A DNA stretch of 64,000 nucleotides, from positions 992,001-1,056,000 of the forward strand of contig NW_027251257.1 in the NCBI RefSeq assembly GCF_044704955.1. Reading direction: 5' to 3'. Each line of letters begins with the position of its first letter. Position 1 is the stretch's first letter. Shown here one piece after another: positions 37,990-50,400 of the stretch. Source of the stretch: Pristiophorus japonicus (lineage: Eukaryota). The translations under genes and the position numbers were made by a program. Under the pieces are notes generated by a model. That model worked only from the letters and a program-made list of their open reading frames with translations. It made no database searches and had not been told where the DNA came from.

Positions 37990-38540
37990 CGTATCTCCCC
38001 TGATCTGCCAAATTCCCTCTGATACCATCTCCCTGAAATCACAGATCATCACCACAGGGATCCTATCTCCCTGATCTGCTCCATTCCCTCTGATACCATC
38101 TCCCTGAAATCACAGATCATTACCACAGGGATCCTATCTCCATGATCTGTTTCATTCCCTCTGATACCATCTCCCTGAAATCACAGATCATTACAACAGG
38201 GATCCTATCTCCATGATCTGCTTCATTCCCTCGGATACCATCTCACTTAAGTCTCTGATCATCACCACAGGGATCCTTTCTCCCTGCTCTCCCCCATTCC
38301 CTCTGATATCATCTCCTTGAACACACTGAGCATCACCCAGTGATCCTTTCTCCCTGCTCTCCCCCATTCCCTCTGATACAATGTCCCAGAACACACTGAG
38401 CATCACCCAGTGATCCTTTCTCCCAGCTCGCCCCCATTCCCTCTGATACAATGTCCCTGATAACACTGAGCAGCATCCAGTGATCCTTTCTCCCTGCTCT
38501 CCTTCATTCCCTCTGATACAATCTCCCAGAACACAAGTAT
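37990..38540. repeat. About 70-bp minisatellite
   Basis: ccattccctctgataccatctccctgaaatcacagatcat recurs at about 71-bp period. Confidence 0.88.
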
Positions 38541-38699
38541 CCACGAGTGACCTTTAGACTTTCGCTCCATGTTTCCCTGAACTTTCACCTCACGTCCGTC
38601 ACTGTCTCATCTTATTCTGATAGAGAGATATTGACAGCATAAACTGATAGATAGGCAAATGTCGTTTTGAATCACAAAAAGAAACAAAAAGAAACTGTA

Positions 38700-40712
38700 G
38701 AGAAGTAGGTATGAGGAGCGAGTTGACTAAGGTAGATTGGGAAACTACATTAAAGTTATGACGGTAGACAAGCAGTGGCTAACTTTTAAAGAATGAATAC
38801 ATAATTTACAACAAACATACATTCCTTTAAGGCACTAAAATTCCACAGGAAAAGTAGTCCAAACGTGGCTCACAACAAGTTAAATAATGTATTAGATAAA
38901 AGGAAGCGGCTTATAATGTTGCCAAAAAGAGCAGTAAGCCCGAGGATTGGAAGGATTTTAGAACGCAGCAAAGGAGGAATAATAAATTTATAAAGAAAGT
39001 GTTTAATAGAATATGAGAGTAAACTAGCGAGAGATATAAAATGAGATGCTATAAACTTTTATAGGTATGTAAAAAGGAAAGGTTTAGTGAAAGTAAATGT
39101 GGGACCCTTACAGGCTGAGACAGGATAAATTATAATGGGGAATAAGGAAATGGCTGAGAAATTAACCAAATACTTTGTGTTTGTCTTCACGGAAGCAGAC
39201 ACAAAAAGCCTTCCGGAAAGCATGGATAGCCAAGGGTCTAGTGAGAATGAGAAACTGAAGGAAATTAGTATTAGTAAAAAACATAGTAATGGAGAAATTA
39301 ATGGGACTGAAAGCCCATAAATCCCCTGGACCTCATGGCCTACATCCAAGGAATTTGAAACAACAGTTAGCTTGACATCAGTCGTCGAGAAAATGGTAGA
39401 CTCTATTATTAAGCACTTGGTAACAGGACACTTAGAAAATAATAGCAGGATTGGGCAGAGTCAACACAGATTTATGAAAGGGAAATCATGTTGACAAAAC
39501 CTTTTTGAGCTTGTAACGAGTAGAACACATAAGGGGAAACCAGTGGATGTTGTGTATTTAGATTTTCAGAATGCATTCGATAATGTACCACGCAAGAGGT
39601 TATTAAACAAAATTACGTCTCATGGTATTGGTGGTAATATACTAGCATGGATTGGGAATTGGTTAATCGACAGCAAGCAAAGAGTAGGAATAAACGTGTA
39701 ATTTTCGGGTGTCAGGCTGTAACTAATGGGGTGCCGCAAGGATCGATGCTGGGGCCTCAGCTATTCACCATCTATATCAATGGTTTGGATGAGAGACCCA
39801 AATGTAATAGATCCAAGTTTGCTGATGATAGAAAGCTTGATGGGAATATTGTGAGGAGGATGCAAAGAGGCTCAAGGGGATATAGACAGTCTAAGTGAAT
39901 GGGCAAGAACATGGCTAATGGAATATAACGTGGAGAAATGTGGTTATGCATTTTGTTAGGAAAAATAGAAAAGCAGAGTATTTTTTATATGGAGAGAGAT
40001 TGGGAAATGCTGATCTTCAGAGGGATGTCTTTCTGCACGAATCACTGAAAGTTAACATACAGCTACAGCAAGCAATTAAGAAAGCAAATAATATGTTGGT
40101 CTTTGTTACAATAGGATTTCAGTATAAGAGTGAATGCATCTTATTGCAATGATATAGGGCCCTGGTGAAATCGCAAGTGGAGTATTGTGTGCAGTTTTGG
40201 CCTCCTTACCTAAGGAAGGATATACCTGCCACAGAGGGAACGTTCACCAGACTGATTCCTGGGATGGTGGGATTGTCCTAAGTAGAGAGATTGAGCAGAC
40301 TAGGCCAATATTATCTAGAGTTTAGAAGAATGAGAGGTAATCTCATTTAAACATACAGCATTCGAACAGGGCATAACGGGGTAGATGCAGAGAGGATGTT
40401 TTCTCTGGCTCGTCAGTCTACAACCAGGAGTCATAGCCACAGAATAAGGGGTCGGATGGGGAGTACTTTATTCATTCAGAGGGTGGTGAATCTTTGGAAT
40501 TCTCTGGCCCAGAGGGCTGTGGAAGCTCAGTCTTAGGGTATATTCAAGACAGAGATCGATAGATTTTTGAATATTAAGGGAATCAAGGGGTATAGGGACA
40601 ATGCAGGAAAGTGGAGTTGAGGAAGAAGATAATCCATGATCGCATTGAATGGCAGAGTAGTCTCGAGGGCCCGAATGGCCTACTCCTGCTCCTAACTTTT
40701 ATGTTCTTATGT
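38700..40712 (+). mobile_element. CR1 LINE, decayed
   Basis: Recognisable remnants of GFMKGKSC, VVYLDFQ.AFD, GVPQGS.LGP.LF, KFADD; tail tatgttcttatg at about 40700. Confidence 0.88.
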
Positions 40713-41039
40713 ACAGTGAATGACTTTGAATGAACACCTACCTCTGATTGTAGTTCGTGTTGAGATCGTGGAAAAGTGCTCACAGTCATCATCAGGGTAT
40801 GGAAATCTCAGTCTGCACTGACAACTGAACGGTGACATTGGGGCCTAGAGTCTGCATTAACATAAAGGGTAGGGTTGAGGAGCTGGGAATCTCAGTTTGC
40901 AATGACACCTGTTCTACTGCAGGGTGGGTCTGGGAACCAGAGTCTGTAATTGCATTGCTGGGATGGTGAGGAGATCAATATCAGTGTGCGCTGCCATCTG
41001 TATTGATCAGTGCCTGCGTTCAAGCGTTCAAGCAGATTG

Positions 41040-41816
41040 AAATGACCGTGTTGCCTTGTGTCCTTAGCTTAGTGGCAGTATTGCATATTACGGGAAATCA
41101 ATAACACCGTGGCACATTATAGTATCGAAGGTCTCATCAGCAACTGATGTCCTCCTGCTTGACTTTATCATCATCAAATCCTGGCTGCAACACCTAGCAT
41201 TATTCAATAAAGCCCAGAATGCATATCAGTGGAGTCACTCCGTGATGTTTGCATTCCCTTGAGTCTAATCAACTTTTACGGCAGCCCAGCCTTCATGACC
41301 TGCATTGCTATTGACCAATTCTTCTCTGTTGTCCACCCTATCAGGTCTCATGCATGGACAAGGACCCCATACTACGTTTTTCTGTCCATCGCAACTTGGC
41401 TGCCCATGTTGGCCCTGAGCCTGGAGGCCGTTTTCATGGAGAAAACAATCTTTCCTGATGCCTATTCAAACAGTGAAACGTTTGCAACGTGGAGGCAATG
41501 ACACATCCTCATGCTATTTTTTTTAAATTATATTATTTGCCATCCCAGTCTTGATGCTGTTGATCTGCTACACCTGACAGTAAAGAAAGGAGCTGGGAAG
41601 GAATCCATTGAGTTGGTCTTGGCTCTTGACCTATTCTACTTTGCCCCTCATCACATCCCTGAACTGTATTTCAGGACTAAGGATCTTCTACATTCATCGA
41701 ATCCTGTCTCAGATCTTTACAGATGCAATCTTAATTCTTACAGCGGGGTCCTTACATCCTTCACTGCCTTCCTCCATCCCTTGCTGTATATTTTCAGGTC
41801 CCAGAACTTTCAATGA
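41040..41816 (+). pseudogene. Intronless class A GPCR pseudogene (P2Y/proton-sensing, delta-group-like)
   Basis: TM3 INFYGSPAFMTCIAIDQFFSVVHP (DRY/F-like), TM4 W, TM6 FAPHHI, TM7 FLHPLLYIF; broken by stops and frameshifts. Confidence 0.75.
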
Positions 41817-42150
41817 AGACCGCAATGCTGCACTGTGCAACGTGTTAGAATCAGTGACATTCATGACACCTCCCCGGATCCCCACATTGCTAGGGTTAAG
41901 GTTACAGTCTAAATTCTCACTTTCTACTGTTCCACATTGAGTTTGGAGAGAGTATACTATAGACAGAAATATCCAGAGCAACCTTGTTTGGGCCAGAAGT
42001 TCCAACTGAGAGAATACTGCACAAATTAAAACAGATTTAACTTGTCTGTAATGCAGTCACTCCGAACTCGGTTTGGGTGTCCATCTGTAACTAATTTATG
42101 CATGCATTTATCAACACCAATTACTCCTATACTTCATAATTGTCCTTTTA

Positions 42151-42759
42151 GGGTTAGAAATTGAACTTTTGGCGATAGCCGTAGTTTTCGGATTTTTTGA
42201 GCAAAAATACCGTTACAAAAACCGTTATTTTTGAAAGGGATAACATTGGCAACAAAATGCGCCCGATGGTACAAATCGGCATTGCACGGGGATTCGCGGT
42301 GAAACCACGGTCCTCGCCAACTTTACTCCGAGGCCGATTACCGCTAAAAAGACAGGCTCTGGGAAGGAGGGGGAAGAGACAAAAATTTGCAAAAAACCAA
42401 ATCATCAAAAAGCACAACACATTTACAAACCTCTTACTTAATTATTCGCCGCAAAAGACATAAAAAATAACAACTTTAACTTAGCTTTTTTTGCAGGTCT
42501 TCGTACTTACCGCTGTTTCTGAAGCTGCAGTACAGCTTTTTACCTGGCAGATTTTTTTGCGCAGAATATGCGTGCTACGAACGGTAAATTTACAGTGGTA
42601 TCACATTGTTTTGCCATTGCACGATGGGGGTGCACTTTTCAGCGGGATTTACAAACCACTGGCGTACAACTTTAGCCAATTTAGCTGAGCACCTTTTACC
42701 ATCAAAAAAGGCAAAATATCGCCAAAAACATGGGCGCAAGGCTGGCCAATTTCTAGCAT
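42151..42759. mobile_element. Harbinger-like MITE
   Basis: Imperfect TIR GGGTTAGAAATTG / CAATTTCTAGCAT; similar termini to 2772-4070. Confidence 0.5.
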
Positions 42760-43629
42760 TCTGCCTGTCCACCACTATCACCATCTGTTATCTATCTATC
42801 AGGCACTTTAATATTTCTACCTCTGTATCTGTTTATGCATCGATCTTGCTCTCGGGGTGTCGGTGTAGATGATGTGCTTCGGTCTCTGGAGTTGGACTCG
42901 ATTCCCTGACCTCCTAAATCAGAGTGGTAGAACCAAAGCAACAAACCAAACTGACACTAGAGCACAGAAAAAATGAGAGAAGTAAGCAAGCGGGGGAAAT
43001 AGAGGTTAGAAACCAGAGTTGAGAGAAGGATTATATAACAAGCAAGCATTTTCGTGTTTCCGGTGCAAGGTTGTGAAGATGTAATTAGCAGTCACGCCCC
43101 AGATCTAGGTGAAGTTTTCAGCACTTAAACTGATGAGGGGCTCAGAGAGAGTTGACAATTGCAGTGCTCCTTACAGTCCAGCAACATCATAGGAGAGGTC
43201 ATATCATGGCCTTTCCAAGTACTGGGCTAGAATGGTTAAGGAACAAAGGAATTTATAGTCAAAGACAGAATGAAACAAGACTGGTATAAGTGTTTCACCA
43301 CAAGCAATTGCTGTTCAGTTTCAAATGGGACGTGTATCATTTTTTCTGTTGTGTAACTGTTTATTTGAAGATTGATCGACCAGAAAGTCAATGGTTTAGC
43401 ATTTTTAGTGAGTAAAGTTTGTGACATTGTACCAAACCAATGGCGTCGTTCCTTTTAATACTGAGCCTTATTTAAAAAAAAACATTGGCTGTTGGTGTGA
43501 GTTCTATGCTGGGCAATCTCTTCCCAGTCCTGTATAATGATTTTGGATGGATCAGTAGCTACACAGATAAAGGGAGAGATGGCGAGATCGTTACGGACAA
43601 ACACATGAGATACACAGATGCAGAAATGT

Positions 43630-44040
43630 GGATATTTATGTATAAAATGGTTGTATAGTTAACGAGAGAAAAGCATTTATCGATGTCGACAGAGAGAGAG
43701 AGAGAGAGACGAGGTGGAAGGAAATGTAGCCCAGGTAGCTGTGGGAGTCAGAGGGCTTATAGTAAATGTTTGCCAATAGTCTATCCCCCGAAATGGAGAG
43801 AGAGAAGTCGAGGAAGGGAAGGGAAGGGAAGAGTCGGAGGGGGACCATGTGAAGGCGAAGGGATCATCCTCTCTGCATCTATCCTGTGAAGCTCCCTCAG
43901 AACCTGCCTCAGAATATATCCATGAAAGACTTGAAGATCGCAGACGGCGCCGGGTATTACTGCGCCCTGAGACCAACAGTGAATAAGGGGCATCTCGGGC
44001 CTGTTACAGAAACAGGGCACAGGTCAGCATCGGGAGTGGG
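43630..44040 (-). mobile_element. Penelope-like element RT fragment
   Basis: LPFLDFSLSISGDRLLANIYYKPSDSHSYLGY motif in ORF 43636..43848. Confidence 0.75.
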
Positions 44041-44741
44041 TGCGTGAAGTGGGGGGCGGGGCGGGGGTGGTGGTGCTGCACCTTCTGGAAATATCAGGGA
44101 TTGAATCCCGAGGGGTTATAAAGAAAATGAATGAGAAAATACAGCCTAGCCCGATCGGGTTCCTCCAGGTAAAGTTATTGTTGTCAGTGTTGGGATAAGT
44201 GAAATTCAACAATCATTTTAACCCAGGGTCAAATTCAGATATTTCCACCCCTCGTGTTAGCACAGACCTTCAGATCTCTGAGATGAATAACAGGATCAAT
44301 CTCTACAAATAAAATGCTGGATATGATGCAGATCCTTCAGGTCACATTTTGAAAGCTATCTCGGCGGGGCAGAGGGATGTCCACTTATCACGTCCCTCGT
44401 AGTCTTGAGGCTATGACTAGCAATGGAGCTCATTAGCTGTGGTGGGAAATCAGTGATAGCGGGCATAGAAACTGGTTCAAATTATATTTCGCTTTTGCAC
44501 CTTTCTGAGAGGTGGAGGGGGGTGGGGTGGAGGTGGATGGAATAAATGACAAGATTGGTCCACAGCTGGTGTCAGTTCTGAGAGACCAGCCAATCCTGTC
44601 CCTCGCAAATGCGACTCATTCTCCCGAGAAGAGAAGTCTGCCCCTGATCTCAGTTTATTATTTCATATCAGACTATAAACGTCAACATATTTAAAACATT
44701 TCTGCTTAAAATATTTTCCTTCGAACTCTAAACCAGGCACC

Positions 44742-45174
44742 ATGTTCTCATTATGTTCCTTTCTGATAATAATGTTCATGCTGTCTGGTGAGTACATGTT
44801 TAAATGGTCAGTTTGTGTTTCATGGGTTATGTTTACACCCAGACTTATCACATATTCTGTATTTTGTTACAGGAATGAGTGGCAAAGAATCAGTGTCCCA
44901 GGATCCATCTGAATTATTGGTTACAGAAGGAAAGACATTAATACTGAGTTGCAATTACTCGGAAGCTGGTTCAACTCTGTTCTTGGAACATCCAGTATTC
45001 CGGGGAAACTCCGAGATATTTACTGAAGATATATAGTGTGGGGACAGTACAGCAGTCTCCAGATTTCCCAGACAGGTTCTCTGCTGTATTGCACAGGGAC
45101 AACAAAACGGTTCATATAACTATCACCGGAGCTCTTGTCTCCGACACTGCTGTGTATTTCTGTGCTATGAACCC
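44742..45174 (+). pseudogene. TCR alpha/delta-type V pseudogene A (leader 44742-44787, V exon 44873-45174)
   Basis: Leader MFSLCSFLIIMFMLS|GT; SVSQDPSELLVTEGKTLILSCNYS...+1 frameshift at about 44983...WNIQYSGETPRYLL...DTAVYFCAMNP. Confidence 0.88.
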
Positions 45175-45214
45175 CACACTGCTGCAGAGATATAGTGGAT
45201 CCCGTCCAAAATCC
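45175..45214 (+). promoter_or_regulatory. Degenerate 23(+1)-RSS of V-A
   Basis: CACACTG + 24 nt + CCAAAATCC. Confidence 0.7.
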
Positions 45215-45235
45215 CACACTGAGAGTTCCAGTTAG

Positions 45236-45254
45236 TGCCCACCAGAGGGCACTC
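45236..45254 (+). promoter_or_regulatory. CTCF-like motif directly 3' of the V-A RSS
   Basis: TGCCCACCAGAGGGCACTC versus consensus CCACCAGRGGGCRC. Confidence 0.7.
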
Positions 45255-46363
45255 TCATACCGATAAACAGCAGTGATAATTCAGCACCCACAGCGAAAGT
45301 CATGGGAACATTCTTAAAAGAGCGACAAGTCACAACACTCAACTAAACAGGCGAAGTATATTTTGAGTAATTTGTTTGTGATTTCAACTCGTATTTATAA
45401 TAAAAAAAACCTACTGCCCAAATGAGGTCTTAGTCACCTTAACGCACCTTTTGTCGTTTCTCTATTGTCTACAACTCTGTGCACCAGACGTTAGCAAGGA
45501 TGTGAACGACCTGGAGAGTGTACAATGGAGGTATACCAGGGAAGAGGGACGTCAGTTACGTGGAAATATTGGAGAAGCTGGGATGTACTCTTGAAAGCAT
45601 AGAAGGATAAGGGGAGACATAATATAGGTATTCAAAATCATGAGGGATTTTAGTAGAGCAAGTTGGGAGAAACCACATCTTCTTCAAACTGAATCGCTGT
45701 AACCGGCCCCTCTGAACCCGAGTCTGCATAACTAACACCTGCAGACATTTAGAAATAAAAACTTTATAATTTTATTATCATTTTATTATAACTGATATCA
45801 TCAAGATAATGGAACATACAGAAAATAGAGGGACAATACAGGTAAAGTGAAGATTCTCTCTGTCAGTCACACGTGCAAGAGAGAAGATTATGTAACTTGA
45901 AAACTTTACCATTTAAGGGAGCCGCAGGTGTGACGAATGAATATAAAGTAACAGCCAACATGTTTATAGGGAGTTGATAGCAGATTTAAACAGAACGGCT
46001 TGAACCTGAAATATTTTAGTAAAGGCTTGCGAAGTTATCAAATGATATCTGACGGCTCTGCCGATTGGTTCATTCCTGACAGCGTCAACAGGTGACATCC
46101 AATCAACGCATAGCTTTTTATATCCAATTCATCCGTGCAACTCACAACTCATGTGTAATCGAACTGATCCAATCAAATCATAGCTCCTTTGTCATCGAAT
46201 TCATCCAATAAACTCTCAGCTGCCTGTTTCGCCAATTCACCCAATCAGTTCACGGCTACTTTGGTCTCCAATTCAACCAATCAGCTCACCATTCCTTTTT
46301 TTCTCCAATTCATCAATCGTCTCACAACTCATTTGTTCGCCACTTCATGACGTCTGTGGTCAA

Positions 46364-49300
46364 ACATAAGAACTTAAGAAAATATGAAATAGGAGCAGGA
46401 GTAGGCCATACGGCTCCTCAAGCGTGCTCCGCCATTTAATACGATCATGGTTGATCCGATCATGGACTCAGGTCCACTTTCCTGCCCGCTCCACATAACT
46501 CCTTATTTCCTTATCAGTTAAGAAACTGTCTATCTCTGACTTAAATTTAATCAATGACTCAGCTTCCACATTTCTCTGAGGCAGCGACTTCCACAGATTT
46601 ACAATCCTCTGAGAAAATAATTTCCTCCTCATCTCAGTTTTAAATGAGCGTCCCTTATTCTAAGATTATGCCCCCTAGTTCTGGTCTCCCCTATCAGTGG
46701 AAAAATCCCCTCTGCATCCACCTTGTCAAGCCCCCTCACAATCTTATACGTTTCGATAAGATCACCTCTCATTCTTCTGAATTGCAATGAGTAGAGGCCC
46801 AACCTACTCAACCAATCCTCAAATGTCAACCTCCTCATCTCCGGAATCAACCTAGTGAACCTTCTCTGATCTCCTCCAATGCAATTATATCCTTTCTTAA
46901 TTATGGAAACTAAAACAGTATGCAGTATTCTAGGTGTGGCCTTAACAATACTTTGTATAACTGTAGCAAGACTTCCCTGCTTTTAATTTCCATCCCCTGA
47001 GCAATAAAGGCCAAGATTCCATTGGCCTTCCTGATCACTTGCTGTATCCATATACTAATCTTTTGTGTTCCATGCACAAGGACCCCCAGGTTCCTCTGTA
47101 CTGCAGCACTTTGCAATTTTTCTCCATTTAAATAATAACTTACTCTTCGATTTTTTAATCTGGCAAAGTGCATAACCTCACACTTTCCAACATTATACTC
47201 CATCTGCCAAATCTTTGCCCACTCATTTAGCCTGTCTGTGTCCTTTTGCAGTATTTTTGTGTCCTCCTCACATATTGCTTTTCCTCCCATCTTTGTATCA
47301 TCAGCAAACTTGGCTACATTACACTCGCTCCCTTCACCCAAGTTGTTAATATAGATTGTAAATAGTTGGGGTCGCAGCACTGATCCCAACATTACCCCAC
47401 TAATTACTGATTGACAAACCGAGAATGAACCATTTATCTGGACTCTCTGTTTTCTGTTAGTAAGCCAATCCTCTATCCAAGGTACTATATTACCCCCAAC
47501 TCCGTGAACTTTTATCTTGTTCAGTAACCTTTTATGTGGCACATTATCAAATGCCTTCTGGAAGTCCAAATGCACCACATCCACTGGTTCCCCTTTATCC
47601 ACGCTGTTTATTACATCCTCAAAGAATTCCTGCAAATTTGTCAAACATGATTTCCCCTTCATAAATCTATGCTGACTCTGCCTGACTGAATTGTAGAAAA
47701 CATTGAAACATAGAAATTTACAGCGCAGAAGGAGGCCATTTCGCTGCATCGTGTCCATGCTGGCCGACATAGAGCCACACTGCCCTTGGTCAGCAGCCCT
47801 AATGGTTACATATAAACCTATGAACACTGACGGAAAGGCAAAGACCACCCAGCCCAACCAGTCCACCTCAGACAATTGCAACACTCTTTACACTGAACCA
47901 TTCTACACTCCACCCCAACCGGAGCCATGTGTTCTTCAGGGAGAGGCAAAAACCAGATAAAAACCCAGGCCAATTTAGGGAGGAAAAATCTGGGAAAATT
48001 TCTTTCCGACCGATCCAGGCGATGGAAACTAGTCCAGGTGATCACCCTGGGCGTATTCTATTCCCTGCAGTACTTACCGTTATATCTGCACCGTCCAACA
48101 AAAGGTCATCCAGCCTAATCCCAATTATCAGCTGTAGATTCGTAACCCTGCAAATTAAAAGTGGTGAGGGTTTCTGCATCCACCACTCTTGCAGGCAGCG
48201 AGTTCCAGATCCCCACAACCCTCTGCGTAAAGAAGCACCCCCCTTCAAATCCCCTCTAAACCTTCCACCAACCATCTTAAAACTATGCCCCCTCGTAATC
48301 GATCCCATCCATCAATGGAAATAGACCCTGACTATCCACTATGTCCAGGCCCCTTAATATTTTGCAACCTCAATGAAGTCTCCTCTCAACATCCTCTGTT
48401 CCAATGAGAACCAACCCAACCTATCCAATCTGTCCTCCTAACTAAGATTCTCCATTCCAGGCAGCAAACTAGTGAATCTCCTCTGCACCCTCTCTCGTGT
48501 AATCATGTTCTTCCTATAATACAGCGACCAGAACTGCACGCAGTACTCCAGCTGTGGCCGAACCAAAGTATTATACAATTTAAGCATAACTTCCTGCTCT
48601 TATATTCTAAGCCTCGGCCAATAAAGGCAAGCATTCCGCATGCCTTCTTAACCACCTTATCCACCTGGCATGCTACTTTCAGGTATCTGTGGACAAGCAC
48701 TCCAAGTTCCCTTTTTTCATCTACACTGTTAATGTATATACCATTTCCTTAATAGCCCTCCCAAAATGCATCACCTCACACTTCTCTGAATTAAATTCCA
48801 TTTGCCACTGCTCTGCCCACCTGGCCAGTAGATTGATATCGTCCTGCAGCCCATGACTTTCCTCTACATCATCAACCACACAGCCAATTTTAGTGTCATC
48901 TGAAAACTTCTTAATCATCCTCCCTATATTCAAATCTAAATCGTTGAAATATGAATTATGCTTTTCTAAATGTCCTGCTACTGCTTCTTTAATAATGGAC
49001 TCCAACATTTTCCTAACCACAGATGTTAGGCGAACTGGTCTATAGTTTCATGATATTGTCTGCCTCCTTTTTTTAAATAGGGGCGTTTCATTTGCCATTT
49101 GCCAATCTGCTGGTACCTCCCCAGAATCCAGGGAATTTTGGTAAATTACAACCAATGTATCCACTATCCCTGCCGATATTTCTCTTAAGACACCAGGATG
49201 CATGCCATCAGGTCAAGCGGATTTATCTGCCTTTAGTCCCATATCTTACTGAGTACCACCTCCTTAGTGATTGTGGTGCCCACCGCCCCCCGCCACCCCG

Positions 49301-49520
49301 CCTCACCTTGCCTGTCCTTTGTTGGGATATTTGTAGTGTCTGCTACCGTAAAGGTGAATACAAAATATTTGTTCAGAGTTTCAGCCATTTCGTGTTCTCC
49401 AAAGGGAACAACATTTACTTTAGCCACTCTTTCCCTTTTTATATACCTGTAGAAACTCTTGGTATCTGTTTTTATATTTCGTGCCAGTGTACTTTCATAG
49501 TCTATCTTCCCTTTCTTAAC
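46364..49520 (-). mobile_element. Nested CR1 LINEs (inner copy about 47695-48950 inside an outer copy)
   Basis: ORF 46910..47884 is RT (KFADDTK); a second tail tagaaaacattgaaacatagaaa at 47694; the outer element resumes at about 48955. Confidence 0.82.
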
Positions 49521-49945
49521 TTCTCCTGTTTACAGAGCAAGTGACTGGGAACAAGTAAAATGAGAGCGTAATTAACGGATTACACAGCATGAGAAATAAT
49601 GAAAGACTTTGATCAGCTGCAATCTTGATATTTGAGACACGATATCTGCCACTCGTGTTTTTGTATATAACCATCAGCCGTCAGTCCCCTCAATGACCTC
49701 ATTCTACGCCGGGTGCAACCCAATCCAGCAGAAGAAAGCACCAAACTCAAGAACGGGGGTACTTAGAAAGTCACGTGATGCAAACGCCAAAGCCAATAGC
49801 GATCGAAGCCTGAGTGAGGTCTCAATGCGGCCGAAAGCTGCGGAGTATGGGCGGAACAATGTGCTGAACAGGCCACAGGTTATCTCTGTACTTCTCAATC
49901 TGTGCCTCACTCAATTCCAAATCACTACAAGGGATTCAGTCAGAC

Positions 49946-50400
49946 ATGTTTCTATTAAATCTGGTGGCCCTGTTGGACGGTAAGTACTGGATTATATTAT
50001 AAACACAGGTTAGCAGATTGATGCAAAGAGCTTGTGCAGGGAGTTAGTTCAATTACCGATCAGACATATCCAAATGATGGACAGCTATGTGGCTGGACGG
50101 TTATACACTCTCATACAGATATACACAAGTTTAGATTTAACCTTCTGCTCTTCTGTTCCCCAGTCTTCACAGGCGGAATATGTGCGGATCCAGTAAAATA
50201 GTCTCCGACTACAATTGCCGTGTCAGCAGGGGTTTCTGCGCAGTTAGATTGCGAATACACAGCCGTGATTATAAACACCAGGCAATGATAATGGCAGAAA
50301 CCGGCACAGCCTCCAAGCTGGATAATTAGCAAAGCAGTAGCACTGAAGGGAGATGACATCTCAGGACAATGTATGGTTACCTCAATATAAGTGGGAAGTC
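49946..50400 (+). pseudogene. Heavily decayed TCR alpha/delta-type V pseudogene B (leader 49946-49979, V exon from 50164)
   Basis: MFLLNLVALLD|GTAAGT...CCCAG|VFTGGICADPVK*SPTTIAVSAGVSAQLDCEY...RQ**WQKPAQPPSWII; the conserved WY codons have become TGA TAA; 3' end and RSS not recognisable. Confidence 0.75.
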
